Positions 48,311 to 63,242 of a DNA stretch of 64,000 nt are shown in pieces. Each line of letters opens with the position of its first letter. Within the stretch, counting starts at the first letter, position 1. The stretch covers positions 10,230,001-10,294,000 of the forward strand of contig NC_079171.1 of the NCBI RefSeq assembly GCF_947568905.1. Direction: 5' to 3'. Source of the DNA: Ostrea edulis. Its lineage: Eukaryota. The notes under the pieces are model-generated. The model saw nothing but the letters and a program-made list of their open reading frames with translations. It was not told where the DNA came from and ran no database searches. The translations under genes were made by a program, and so were the position numbers.

Positions 48311-51300
48311 CTATTCCAAACATTCCAAGCTCGCCAACAAATATTGCAAGGAATATTGTCTAAGTATACAATGTCACGATATGTCACATACACCCGTTCA
48401 CTAATACCCACCCCCCCCCCCCCCAGAAATGTGTCTAGAACCACTAAAATATGCACATCCGATTCAGACCTTAGACCCCCTTAGACACACAGGCATTACT
48501 GCCACTCCTTCATATACACATCCGCTAATACCACCGCATCCTGCTCAGAACTGTGTGTATCCACCACGTCTACGTCTAGAAGCACGGCGTTTAGAGAACG
48601 GCACACAACATGAAGTAACACAATGCCAATTGGTCAGGAAGATCCAGACGAAGTCTCGATATCAGTGGTGATGTATTTAATTATTATTATTATTTTATTC
48701 ATTTATAAAGCGCAAAATTTCATATATTTTATATGCGCTGTACAATGTTTGTGCTACTGGTTGACTTTAACTTGACAAGATACAATTGGTGTACAGGTAT
48801 TCGTATGCTGAATCGAAATTCAGTTTACAAGAGCTTGCACATGAAATCCTTGCTATTGCACTGAATTTTGCATTCACATGGCATATTCACGATTGAACAT
48901 TTCTGAATATTCATTTCTTAATCTAATTAAAATCAGACGTATTAGATCTGTACCACATACACTGCGGAAGAAGCCGATCTATGAAATATTATTTTACTCT
49001 GTAATTAGATCTCAACTCTGGTATGTCTAGTGGTCCGTGTTTGCCACCTCTTTATTTTGTATTTCTTATTCAAATGATGAGAAAAATGAAAACAGACATG
49101 GCTCCGTTCTGTCTGAAGCGATTAACTCTAAAATCGAGTCTCTTTCATGCTTGCACGATTTTAAATATCAGCCTGCAGTGGCCAAATCCTTGTAAAAAAT
49201 GGATGTGTGTATAACCTCCCAATTTGTATCGTTATCCTGCTGGATAAAAATGTTGAGGGATAATTTTCACCATAAAATGATTTGTTCTGAAGTCTTAGCT
49301 CAGTAAAGCACTTTGCCAGCAGAACCGCAATTTTAATATGGAATGTTTCATCCTTAAATTGAATCAAAAATCCTGGAAAATTATTTATTCAATTCGTATT
49401 TCCATAAGACCATTCAAATAACGCAAATCACATTGACGATATGTACTTTGAACATTCAAATGACAAAACTAAAATAAACATTAAATGTTTGAAAAGAACA
49501 CCTTACTCTTCACGGATGGTTTCCGATTATATAGATTAAACAAAACACAACACAAAACGCACTACACTAGAGAGGGATGATATAAGTCACGCCTTTTGAG
49601 AACCATTATTGTTAATTCAAACGTCTCCATTGTAAGGCGGGTATCATTTTCTTCTTCTGATCATATCATGATATTTAAATCTGATCAACAATTCTATAAA
49701 CGATAGGTTTGATTTGGCAAAAACAATGGCGAAACTGGTGTGTCGTTCTAGACTGGATACATGTAACCAGTCTTTGACTTAATTATCTTCATTGTGGGGT
49801 ATTAAGTGATGTCTTTATTTTCAGATTATACAAACTATTACTAGAACACATCTGGAACGAGTATGTATCCGATAAAACTGATGTGTGAATGTTTATGAAC
49901 TAGATATAACTCACTACATGGAATAGAACAGTCTTGCTTTACTTAAACTATTTTCAAGGCATGACCTTTTTTTGATGAACTCGATATAAGATGTACTTTG
50001 ATACAAATTACATGAACACATTTAGAAACTGGAGCAAGGTCTGTGACTTATTAAAGTAAGTTAATGGTGTTCAAACTCCATCATTCACAAAATACATGTA
50101 TAGTACGATTATTAACAGTTTGAGGTCAATATGATTTGTTAACTACCTCAGCGATAGAGACAACTCAGCCATTTACGTTGTAAATATAAAACGATGTTGA
50201 AATTGCTTATAATATGTAAATGTAAAACGGTGTTGCGATTGCTTATGCTATTGAAACATAAATCTTATAATACTGAAACATAATATGGTGTCCCGATTGC
50301 GTATGGCATTCAACTAATTGACCGTGCACATAGGAGGAAACAAATCTAATTAGAAAAGTTCAGCATGTGCTTGACTCTTTAGAGAAAAATATAAATGGTA
50401 TAATTCCAGTAATTATTTTCACTACATACTACCATATTGCAAGTCAATTTGGTAAATAGATGCCGAATAAAGCATTCAGAAAAATGTTCTATGTCACATG
50501 TCTTGCCTGTCGACATCTGAAAACAACAACACTTAACACGGTATTTTCTATTTTTTTTACCAGCAAATAATACTACCTTGGAGTAGAGAAAAAGAGGGCG
50601 CCCAGTAACAACATGGCGAAGGACTTTAAACACAGAGTTCAGGTCGATTCAGATGTCATGGGGAGAAACCAAACAAGCTGCACATGACCGAGACAGATGG
50701 AAAACTATTGTTGAGTCCCTATGCCCCCTCAGGGGCCAAAAGGAATAAGTCAAGTAAGTCAAGGAGTAGTGTTTTACATTTTAAAAAGAAAGTATACTCT
50801 GTTTTATTCTTTCTTTTTTATTTTCAATGTGGGATGAACATTTTAACAGTGTGAGCGATTTACTTTTCTGTACCCATTTCTGCCTGAATCTCTCTTCCCC
50901 ATGTTACATAGCACTTTCTGTAACATCCGTTTTCTTACAAAATGCGTTCGTATAAATTTGCTTTAAAGAGCTTCTTCGCATTCAACATTTGCACTGCAAC
51001 GGCAGTTACTATAGAACATTTCGTCCAAACAACTTTTCTCTAGAACTATAAATCACAATGAAAATCATATTTAATTTTTATTGCACATTTTAGATGATAT
51101 AAAATTTATCGAAGAGGGAAGAGGCTTTTTTAAACATTCAAACAATGTAACAAAATGAAATCAATGAATGAAACACGTTTTCTTATATTATAACCTATGT
51201 TTTGTGGTGTATATATCAAATGGAATATACTTTCGTGCAAGAGATTTATTTTGCACTGTAGGGGGATTACTCTTTGTATGTGTCATTCACGGACATTTCC

Positions 51301-53399
51301 AAATACATATACTAAACAAATCACAATAGGAATCACACTACAGCCCAGGAAGTTAGCATCATTCCATATACCATCTTAGCGTGCCTGTGGAACATCATTA
51401 CTGTTAATTGAAAGATCCCCATTGTGAGATATCCATCGATCATTTCTCAGATGAAATCATTGTGTTTAAAGTTCATTTCAAAACTTCAAAAAAGTCGCAC
51501 GATAATTGCTCTAGTTTTAATTAAGTAAAATACTGCGACAGCACTTTTAATAAAAATGCCAATGACAATTATTAGAATATATATTATAATTGACACCTCC
51601 ATAAAAACTTTTTCAAATGAGACAAAACATATTGAAATGTGAAAAAGCTTATTAAACATTCAAATAAAAAAAATGTAACACGATACTCTATTTTACAACC
51701 TATTTTCTGTTGTGTATATATCAAATGAATACATTATAGTGTAAGTCATTCATTTTGCATAGTAAGTGCGTTATTCCTTTTATTTGTCATTCGCGGACGA
51801 GTCCCAGATACATAGACTAAACAAATCACACCAGGAACCACACTACAGCCTACAAAGATAGCATCATTCCATATAACATCTTAGCGCGCCAGAGGAGCAT
51901 CATTGCTATTAATTTAAACATCTCCATTGTAAGGTGTACATTTGCTCGGTGTTCTGATCATATCACGGTATTTAAACTTTATTTCAAATTTTTAATACAA
52001 GAAAGGTTTAATTCGGTAGAAATGATGCTGACCTTTAAAAACCTGATTTGTCACTGTATATTAATTACAAAGACCAATTTTGACTTGATCATCTTCAATG
52101 TGATATATCAAATGTAGTATTTCTTGAGTTATCATTATTTAAAAGCTTCTCAAAACGATCGGTTCATTTGAAACAAGGATGAATCTGAGAAGACTGAATT
52201 GAGACTGCTTATTGAATAAATATAACTGTATAGCCAAGATAAAAGCGTTGTTTCATTCAAATTATATCAAAGGACAATCATTTTTTGATGAAATCGGAAC
52301 GAAATATATTTTTCATACAATGACATTGAACCACAACCGCACTGGAAGAAGGTGTACAGTAATTATGGTAAGTTATTGTTCAAACGTCATCATTCCAGTA
52401 ATGATATACAGTTGTACAATTATTGACTGAAGTCAAAACGATGAAATAGCAACCTCAACAATCATAGTAACTTGGTCATTTCCGTCACATGTACCTGGAA
52501 TGGTCTTCCAATTACTTATGGTATTCAAACATAAAACAGTGTTCTGATTGATTGTAATATTCAAACATATAGTGCTGTTCCGATTGTTTATAATATTTAC
52601 ACTTAAGACGGTGTTTTGATTGCTTATGACATTCGAATATAATTAACCGTGCACATAGGAGAAACGAAAAGCTCATTATCAAAGTCCAGAATGTGTTTGC
52701 CGCTTTAGGAAACAATATAAATTGTATCATTCCTGTAATTATTGTCACTATATATTAAGATAGATGAAAATCATTATAATCAGCTAGGTAAATTGATACC
52801 AGATAAAGCAGTCAAAAATGTTCTATGTTACAGTTCTCCTTTGTCGACACCCAAAAAACTAACACTCTATATGGCATTTTCTCATTTTGTTGACTAGCAA
52901 ATACTACATGTACCACCCTCAAATAATGTGTTATCATGTGTGTAAACAACCTGGGTGCATCCCAGAACGTACCTTAAGTTAAAAACATGCAATGACTCCC
53001 ATCTAAACAATTGATCGTGTTTACAAATTCCAGACAATATCCTAATCAGAGGTACAACCATTAAGATACCAGAAATAAGGAAAATGAGAAAAACAGCCCA
53101 TATCTTTTTTAATTCATTGGTATACGACTGATGAAGATCATTTTGATTGAACATTTACCGGAATTATCTTTTAAAGCTCGTGGGTTACGATAATGGAACT
53201 ATTCTACGTAGTATTGTAATATCATGTGCATTTTCGATTCTTGTATTTCCTTCCTTTAAGGACTTTGACACTTGTGTTCATTTAAAGTTTTTAATCTTTT
53301 AAAATGTCCCGAATTCTTCGGCTTTTATTCTTTCTGTTTTATGTTTAATGTGGGATGCACATTTTTACAACATGCGATATTTACTTTTCTGTGCCCACC

Positions 53400-53945
53400 A
53401 TTGCCTGCATCTCTCTTCACCGTGTTACATAGCACTTTCTGTAACATCCGTTTTCTTAGAAAATGCGTTCGTATTAATTACTCTCAAGAGCTTCGTCGCA
53501 TTGACATTTGTACTGCAACGGCAGTTACTATAAGGTTTTTCATCCTAACGACTTTTCTATAGGATATATATATATTTTATTTCCATAGCACCTTTTAAAT
53601 GAGAACAAAAAATGCTGAAGAGTGACGGAGCTTTTTTAAGCATTCAAATGATATAACAAAATAAAAACAACACATACAACGAGCGATCTTATATTATAAC
53701 GAATGTGTTGTTGTGTATATTTCAAATGAGATATTTTAAGTGTAAGATATTCATTTTGCAATAAAGGGATATTATACTGTTTATATATAATTCACAGACG
53801 ATTCCTAAATATATAAATTAAACATAGCACAATAGGAATCACACTACAGCCCAGAAAGATAATATCATTCTGACCACCAGCTTGGCGTGCCTGGGGATCA
53901 TCATTACTGCTAATTTAAACATCGCCATTGTAAGGTATCCATCAA
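53400..53945 (-). pseudogene. Decayed coding segment for an unidentified hydrophobic (membrane-like) protein; paralogues at about 50860-51440, 51600-51945 and 56760-57300
   Basis: Manual translation gives PYNGDV*ISSNDDPQARQAGGQNDIIFLGCSVIPIVLCLIYIFRNRL*IIYK..LLQNEYLTLK...SLVVCVVFILLYHLN. Differences between copies are often third-position or conservative in this frame. Confidence 0.5.
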
Positions 53946-55005
53946 TTCGTTCTTCTGATCCTATCATGGTATTTAAACTTTATTTCAAAACTTCAATAAA
54001 CACTAGGTTTAATTTGGTAGAAGTGGTGATGCACTTTTTAAATAAAATCTAACTGATTTGTCACTTTGTATTGATTACAAAGACCAGCTTTTTGACTTAA
54101 TCATTTTCAGTGTGAGATATTAAATGTAGTATTCTCTGAGGATGGTAATCATTATTCAAAATCCTCTCAAACTATCGGTTCATTTGAAAAAAGGCTGAAT
54201 CTGAGAATACTGATTTGAGACTGCCTATTGACTAGAAACAATTGTATAAGCAGGATAAAGTGGTGTTTCATTCAAATTAGTTCAAAGGAAAATCATTTTT
54301 TCTGAAATTGGAACGAGACATTCTTTTATACAATGACATTGAAACACTAGGGAACTGGAGCACGGCGTACAACTAATAAATGTAAGTTGTTGTTCAACCT
54401 TTATCATTCTAGTAATGATATACACTTGTACAATCATTGACTGAGGTCAATACGATGAAATAGCAACCTTAGTAATTGAGGCAACTCCGTCATTTCCGTC
54501 ACATGTACCTGGAACGGTGTTCCGATTACTTATGATATTCAAACATAAAATGAGGTTAGGATTACTTATGACATTCAAATATAAAACGGTGTTCCGATTC
54601 CAAATAATATTCAAATATAAAACGGCGTTCTGATTGCTTGTATATTGAAACAAAACGCTGTTCGATTCCTTATAATATTTAAGTATAAAACGGTGTTCTT
54701 ATTCCTTATGACATTCAAATATAATTACTCGTGCACATAGGAAAAACGCAAATCTCATTAGCAAAGTCCAGAATGTGTTTATCGTTTAGGAAATAATATA
54801 AATGATATAATACCCGTAATTATTTTCACTATGTATTGAGATAAATGAAAACCATTATAATCAGTTTTGTAATGGATGCCAGATAAAGCAGTAAAAAATG
54901 TCCTCTGTTACCTGTCACCCCTGTCTACACCCAAAAAACAAACACTTTATGGGGCATTTTCTGATTTTGCTAAGTAGTAAATACTACCACCCTCAAATAG
55001 TGTTT

Positions 55006-55352
55006 CACCGCCGCGGTGACCGAGAAGTTAGAGCGTTCACCCCGCATGCGGAAGGTCAAGGTCCGAATCCAGACCGCGACAGACTTAAGTCGTTAAAACA
55101 GGTAGTGACCGTTCCATCGCCAAACGCTCGGCATCAGATGTGAATTTCACGGGTCTTCGGAGATGACCTTAAAAACGGATGACCCGTGTCACAGTAGATG
55201 TGGCACGCTAAAGAACCCTCACTGCTCAATGGCCGTAAGCGCCGAGTATAGGCCTGAATTTGAAGCCTTTCGTCGGTCTTGGTGACGTCTCCATATGAGT
55301 GAAAAAATATCGAGCGAGACGTTAAGCAAGATACAATCAATCAATCAATCAA
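55006..55352 (+). mobile_element. tRNA-headed SINE with (CAAT)n tail and TSD
   Basis: A/B-box-like head, body CCCGTGTCACAGTAGATGTGGCACG..CTGCTCAATGG, and TSD CAA(A/C)TAGTGTTTC. Confidence 0.85.
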
Positions 55353-58269
55353 CTAGTGTTTCTACATGTATGTAAACAGCCTGAGTGCACCCCAGAACGT
55401 ACCTTAAGTTCACAACATGCAATAGTTCCCATCTAAACAATTGATCGTGTAAACAAATTGCGGACAATTTCCTAAGCAGTGTTACAACAATTAAAAGAAA
55501 AGAAATAAGCGAAATGAGAGAAAAACCTCCGCAGTTGTGTTAAGTAGGACCATAGAAATATGCCAGAGGAAAAACGCATGATAAAGAGATCAATTTTTGA
55601 CAAATTCTGTACACACAGCGCTTATATACCAAAAAAAATATGTATAAATAATTAAGTGCATATTGACCTCCCATACATTTTTCACCAGACCGACAGTCTC
55701 TACATCAGCTGTATATCACGTGATCAAATATCAAGATAAAATCGCACCGTGTATGTATAAATCGCTCCATTGCCACGATATCCAGATATCAATGCAAGTT
55801 GAAGTTAAAATAACTTCAAAATGTATTAAGTTCTTAATTTGAAAAGAGATGAGAGCAAGTTCATCGTGATTTGTAACATGTCGAATGTTTGCGTTGAATA
55901 TGCAAGATGCGGCGATTTTTGCATATACGAAGTTGAATCTAGCCTGAAAAACATGTTTTCTGTTGAAGCCACAACTTGTTCCCCTAACTTTCATTTTGCA
56001 CTGAAGTTCACATGTAACATAAATCAAACATATTTCACTCAAAAACCTCGGGGTGTTGTGTCAATGATGAAATTTGTATGTACGGAAACCCTTTTTATGC
56101 AAATGAGTTCATTGTGAAAGTCACTATATACGTGCAGATTAGGGGCGATATCAAGATCACAATATAATATGAATATTACTTTAGCATGTATGTTATATAA
56201 AGAAGAAATTGAAAATATTTCAATATCAAAGAGAATTGATATAACCCATTTGACAGAAACTTTTACAGAATTGCAGCTTATTTTTTGACAGCGGTGGTAG
56301 ATAACGAAAAACTATTTTGACATTTCCAACCGCAAAAGGAATGTAGATATGTACGTCATGACCTTCATCATGACGTATTTTTCATTGTGACGTCATGTAA
56401 TGTGCCAGTATGGTAAAGTGCATTTTTTACAGCACTGATATTTATAAGGAAAGCCTTAATTCAGCCTCGTCATATCTTATTTTTTAAGTCATGGGTATAC
56501 GACTGATGAAGATCATTCTGATTGAACCTTTACAGGGGTGAACTTTTAAAGATCGTCTGTAACGATAATGGAAGCATTCTACATAATATTGTAATACCAT
56601 GTGGATTTTCCATTCTTGTATTTCCTTCCTTTAAGGATTTTGACAATTTAATTGATTTAAAGTTTGTAATCTTTTAAAATGTCCCGAATTCTTCCGGTTT
56701 TATTCTTTCTTTATTTATTTTCAATGTGGGATGTACGTTTTAACAGTACCCATCTCTGCCTGAATCTGTCTTCTCCATGTTACATAGCACTTTCTGTAAC
56801 ATCCGTTTTCTTATAAAATGCGTTCCTATAAATCTCCCTCAACAGCTTCTGTGCATTCAACATTTGCACTGCAGCGGCAGTTACTATAGGGTTTTTCATC
56901 CTAACGACGTTTCTATAGAATACATATATTTAATTGTCATGGCACCTTTTGAATGAGAAAAATATTGTTGAAGATTGACGGGGCTTTTTTAAACATTCAA
57001 ATGATGTAACAAAATAAAAACAATGGATGGAATACACAATCTTATATTATAACAAATGTGTTATCGTGCATACTTCAAAGGAAATATATTTTAGTGTAAG
57101 AGATTGATTTTGCAATGTAGGGATATTTTTCTCTTTATGTATAATTCACGGACGGTTCATAGATAAATAAATTAAACATAACACAATAGGAGTCACACTA
57201 CAGCCCAGAAAGATAATATCATTCACATACCATCTTAATGCGCCTGGGGAGCAACATTGCTGTTAATGTAAACATCGTCATTGTAAGTTATCCACCGATT
57301 CTTTCTACTGATCATATCATGGTATTTAAACTTTATTTCAAAACTTCAATAAACGATAGGTTTAATTTGGTAGAACTGGTGATGCACTTTTTTAAAAAAT
57401 CAAACAGATTTGTTACTATATGTTGATTACAAAGATCGGCTTTTTGACTTAATCCTTTTCAGTGTGAGATATTAAATGTAGTATTTTCTGAGAATGGTAA
57501 TCATTATTTGAAATCCTCTCAAACGATCGGTTCATTTGAAAAAAGGCTGAATCTGAGAATACTGATTAGAGACTGCCTATTGACTAGAAACAATGGTATA
57601 AGCAGGATAAAAGTGGTGTTTCATTCAAATTAGTTCAAAGGGCAATCTTTTTTTTTCTGAAATCGAAACGAGGCATTTTTTTTTCTACAATGACATTGAA
57701 ACACTAGGGAACTGGAGCACGGCGTACAACTAATAAAGGTAAGTTATTGTTCAAACTTTATCATTCTAGTAATGATATACAGTTGTACAATCATTGACTG
57801 GGGTCGATACGATGAATTAGCAACCTGAGTAATTGAGGCAACTCCGTCATTTCCGTCACATGTACCCGGAACGGTGTTCCGATTACTTATGATATTCAAA
57901 CATAAAACGAAGTTAGGATTACTTATGACATTCAAATATAAAACGGTATTCCGATACAAATAATATTCAAATATAAAACGGCGTTCTGATTGCTTGTATA
58001 TTGAAACAAAGCGGTGTCCGACTGCTTATAATGTTTAAGTATAACACGGTGTTCTTATTCCTTTTGACATTCAAATATAATTGCCCGTGCATATAGGAGA
58101 AACTCAAATCTCATTAGCAAAGTCCAGAATGTGTTTATCGTTTAGGAATATAATATAATACCCGTAATTATTTTCACTATGTATTGAGATAAATGAAAAC
58201 CATTATAATCAGTGTTGTAATGGATGCCAGATAAAGCTGTAAAAAAAATGTTCTACGCCTGTGACTTAA

Positions 58270-61200
58270 GGTCATGTTTAAGAATTATGCAGAAAAATGA
58301 AGCTTCATAACCTATTGTTTTGGGTGTAGTGCATTTATTAATATTACAAAACTAATGACACTTCTCAAGTACCACAACATATATACGCCTCCTGCACTTT
58401 CACTTCGCATGTTTACTTAAGATGTCAAAGGTCATATGACCTCATTTGACCAGATTATACAATACGTAAATAGATGCTCATAAATCGACACGCACGGCGC
58501 ACAGCCATCTGTACATAAATCAATAAAAACATGACATGATAGAAATGTATAAGTTTCACAGAATCGAGTATTCACTCTCCAAATTGCATCATCCGCTTGC
58601 AAGTGAGTTAAAAATCGCCCACAAGATGAAAATCTACCCCTGCACGTTGTTTATTTGTGTTTTTTCTCGAGTTCAGTGTATTGTTCACGAATATTTCAAG
58701 ATTTGGACAGTGATTTCTAAATAAATCCTTGTTCAAAGCTTTTAAATAATATCATGGTATCACAATACATTTATTTTCCTCTTACCGCCGTCCAGTTTTA
58801 TCTTCGATATGCATGTAAACACGCTATCTAATTAATATTCAAACGCAGCACTGATGTAGAATATTGATCCAAAATTAGATACTGGAAAGGGAAGTAACAC
58901 GGCGGGAAAATTACAATTTATTATGTAAATGTATTCATGATACATGTACACAGGACAACAAATGTATTTTAACCAAGAAACATTTACNNNNNNNNNNNNN
59001 NNNNNNNNNNNNNNNNNNNNNNNNNNNNNNNNNNNNNNNNNNNNNNNNNNNNNNNNNNNNNNNNNNNNNNNNNNNNNNNNNNNNNNNNNNNNNNNNNNNN
59101 NNNNNNNNNNNNNNNNTCAATGTTCCTTGGTAAAGGGGGAGGGGGCATGTACAGCAATGAAAAACAACAACCAATCAATCAGAATTACCAACACTACGCT
59201 ATCAGATTTCACACTTCTGCACTACACATATCTATAATTATATATGAAATACTGATTGCAGACAAGATCTAAATTAACAACATGATATATACAATAAAAT
59301 AACCCAACTGCCTCACACATCAGTTTCTGAGACAGCGGATAAGTGTGTTGTGTGAATACATATAAAATTGTAATTAAATCAGTATAATTATAGTTTAGTA
59401 AGTACAGTATGCAAGTATAAAACATACGTGCATGCAGGATCCAGATGTTTCTGAATGTTTTATGCTAATGCAGAGAGGTTAGAATATAATTATTATATAA
59501 ATGAAAACAATTAATTATATTAAGTGTTAGTAAACAAGGTATGAATTGTTGACTTGATTATAGGGGGCACCACGTGACAGTGCCTGTTAACAGCCTGGTA
59601 GTAAATTTATTGGACCGTACTGTTGGTCTTGTACTCCCAATAACCAAGACAGTTATATTTAACAACTAATTTCAGGAACATTTTAAACTCTAGTTTGTAT
59701 TCAAACACTGTAAGTTTGTAACGACATAATAATAACGGAGCGGATCAAAGATCTGTTTACAATCAGATTGTTTAAATTCCAATCTTAAACCTCATGAATG
59801 AATGGCAGTCTGATTACCTCTCCCCCTTTTCCCCCTTATCGTCGCCAGGGATCATTAGAAGGGAGCTGATTTTAATCAGACTACACACATAAATATACAT
59901 GCACTATCTACCTTCGATCTAGGCCTAAAACGAAATAATTCCTTCAATGTGAATGTGTTAAACAAACAAATGTGTAATATATTACATATATTCAAAAAAT
60001 ATTTCTTCGCTTTGGTATGAATACAACACACCAGTATCTATATATTTTTTTGAAAATTTAATCTGATGCAAAGAAATATGTATTTAATTTCACAGAGATC
60101 GGTGCGATGTTGAATTCTCTGCACTACCTCGAACACATCATACGTGATAGCCATTAGTACAGCAAGTTCTTATATTTTTGAGCTTAATAACAGATCGAAC
60201 TCAGTGCGTAATTTGTAACTGACGATTCGTGTTGCAAATTATGCGCTGATCCAGAATTATAGTCTCGGGTGTCAATCCTTGCATGGGGGGGGGGTGTTGT
60301 CTAAACAGGGTTACAAACATGCAGTATCTACTAAATATATGTAGAATATATACAAAAATATGATACACTACATGTATGTTTTCATGAAACACTGTTGAAG
60401 GATGGTTGTCTATATCTGGACCCATGCTGCTCTTGCAATGAAACACGGTTTAGGGAAGGGCATAACTTAATTTGATAGTTTGAAAAACGATAAAAATGTC
60501 ATGGAGTTATTACTTTTCAAATTGAGTGGGTTTTGTTAGGAGTTTGGACCCATGCAGCATCTGCTCTTGCAATGAAACATATGTAATGAGGGGGGGGGGG
60601 GTGTATATGTATCTTGTTCTACAATGAATATTTGTATTATATCAAAGTATATATATAAAAAAAAATCCGTGGGAATACTTAACGACTCGTGTTGGAATTC
60701 TTTTAGAAATAGTTTAAGGTGACAACTTGAAAATCAAAATAGCTTTCAACAAAATATGTATTTATAATACAGCCATTATACAAGCTACCGAAAAAACCAG
60801 AAGTGACACATACTCCTCCACTGCTTGGGGAGGGGGAATATTTTTCCATTTTTAAGAAATATTCTTAATTTATCATTGAAAATAAAGATAAGTGGCTGCA
60901 GAGTGTAACATATCTAGTTCACCAAATGAGTGTCAATCTTTTTACTTCATATGACCCCCACCCCCATCCCTTCACCCTCAAATACTTTTTATCACTTGAC
61001 CATGAAAATGTAGAACAATTAAAATTTGAAGTACTCAGTCAATGCAAAGTAATTCAAAGTGATTTTCAATTTATTTTCAATAAAACGATTTCTCATTTTG
61101 TTTTGTGTTTAATTGAAAACATTCATAGAACACAATAGTAGATGCTTTTTCAGCAGCCACTTCCTTCATATTAAAATTTGACAGTCTACTAAAGTTCATA

Positions 61201-63154
61201 AGCACAAATGTAGATGACAATTCACATCACTGAATGCAATTAGTGGATATCCTGGTTTGACCACTATGTACAGTGTAGTAACCAGCTGATGGAGGTAAAT
61301 ATTATCCACTCGAGTCAATATGGCTGTCATCTGTGGGTACTAAATGGAAAAAAGAAGAAAGTTGCCAGTCAAAAATATCTAAAACACAGTATGTAGGTCT
61401 AAGTGTTCAAGTTTATATGTGCATTATAACATAAAAAAACATTCAAATTTCATATCATACAGCAATATCAAAACATGCTTCATACGAATTTTCTTTTAAT
61501 TTATCATTTTTATAGAAATTAATATTGACTAGATGTAAATAATGCCTATATTTATGTATATCAAGTGCCTGATTGGATTACTTAAAGTTTGTAAAAATTA
61601 CCTTGTATGTACATTTGTGGTCACTGCTCTAGGTGAAAAATTGAAAACATCATGCTCTTTGAAAAGTTCACATTCTTGTTGGTATCATGCACATCTGTAA
61701 ATAGCATTATCTCATATCATAAATACATATGTTGCAGAAATTCAATGTATTAAAAAGGGGTCTCAAATACACATAAAAATGTGGGCAATCAGTATGTATT
61801 CAGAGTCTTTTATTTTTCTTCCATTTATTCAAACCGTAATGTAAGCGAAGATATCCCAAGTTTTTTTTCTAATATGTTACTTGATAAAATTATATGTGAC
61901 TGTAAATTTAGAGCACCAAATTAATGTAGTTACACGTGCATTTGTACAAGATCATACCACATGTACCCTACCCCCCCCTTTTTTGAAAATATTTTTTGCA
62001 GCGATAAATCTGAAATGTGTTGATTCCCTGTCTAACTCATTTCTCTTTCGATTTAAGTACTGCAGTCGTTTCAATTTTTTTATAAGATTTGGAGATTGGC
62101 CTTGTACAGGTACACAACAGTGAACACAAATTTTGTAATAAACCATAGGCTGCTAATGTTATACATGCAATACTAAATCATATATACAGTTTGACGTCTT
62201 GTGTACATGCCAAATATATATAAAAACGTTTTTACAAATATGCATATGAACTGTTAGTATTTAGTTTGTCATCATTATACATATCTCATATTGTGTAACA
62301 TGATTGTATGCCAACATGCTTGGTGAATCAATAAATACATTAAAGCATACAGGTAGAAGCTTACAAAAAGCATGAAAGGATTACATGAATCGAAAGAAGG
62401 ATGATATATGCAGGGAATCTACTTATTTCAGAGAAATTATAGAAAGAAAAAAAATCATAAGAAAGATGGGGGGGGGGGGGGGGTTACATGTAATATCTAT
62501 ACTTTAGATGCCTGTGGATTTTACTGCCTAGAATACCCGCCTTTTCTCATGTAAATCATGTTTATATAAACAAACAACAACTGATACCATTTGAGCATCA
62601 GTTCTCTAACATATAGGCCTATTTTGCGTGTGTGCACCTAATATGCTACACATAAGCTACGTGTGACGTGTGCAGTATGTAAACAAAGAACATCGAACTA
62701 TGTATATACTGCCTCTAAAGTATTGATCAATGTAAAAAACGCAGTAAATGTTGTCTACTTTCATTGTTGACAACCTTTGTTTCAGGTATTCATACATCAT
62801 TATTTCAATTACAAGAATTTACCTTTTTTTCGATTTCAAAGTTGTACAGCTGGCATCTTCTGAACGTCGTCTTTGCCATGTGCCTAGTAAGCGCATTTTA
62901 GACGCTGATTCCAACCATACGACACACTTCAGCGGGGTGTTTCTCATCAGAATGCCTTGTGATGTGTTGTCAAATCAGGGAAATTTGACTTATTTTAAGC
63001 GTAGAATAAAGGCAATATTTCCATATATTTTTATATGATCCTAAGAATAGAGTTTGTGTATGTGTATCCAAATATTGATTGATCAAGGCGTGGCAACTGT
63101 CATGACGTAACAGCTCATTATGATATCATTATCATACCGAGTTCATTCGTTACC
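58270..63154. mobile_element. ~4.9-kb insertion with TTAA|GGT...ACC|TTAA termini that splits a tandem-duplication unit
   Basis: The host sequence aaaatgttcTA (58255) resumes as TAtgttacctgtcacc (63169), matching uninterrupted paralogues at 52817 and 54897. The element contains the N gap. Confidence 0.55.
58988..59116. other. Assembly gap (129 N)
   Basis: Run of N. Confidence 1.
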
Positions 63155-63242
63155 TTAATTGTCCTCCGTATGTTACCTGTCACCCCTGTCTACACCCGAA
63201 AAACAAACACTTTATAGCAAATACTACCACCCTCAAATAGTG

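Larger units (their letters stand above)
49520..58255 (-). repeat. Array of diverged 2-3.4-kb tandem/segmental duplicates, continuing at 63169-64000
   Basis: Marker CACTACAGCC at about 51336, 51841, 53842 and 57196. GGTATACGACTGATGAAGATCA at about 53120 and 56493. A 36-bp minisatellite lies at the same position in each unit. Confidence 0.85.

Noticed and set aside
50860-51030. Cys-rich neuropeptide-like reading (NCRCSANVEC...GKR) on the minus strand
   Set aside because: This frame is broken differently in each paralogue and has no signal peptide. A different frame with a shared stop fits all three copies better.
53120-53150. CTGATGA as a hammerhead ribozyme core, also at about 56503, 40801 and 62943 (-)
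   Set aside because: No flanking stems and GAAA/UH arrangement could be built.
58935-59237. ORFs spanning the N run
   Set aside because: They are open only because of ambiguous bases.
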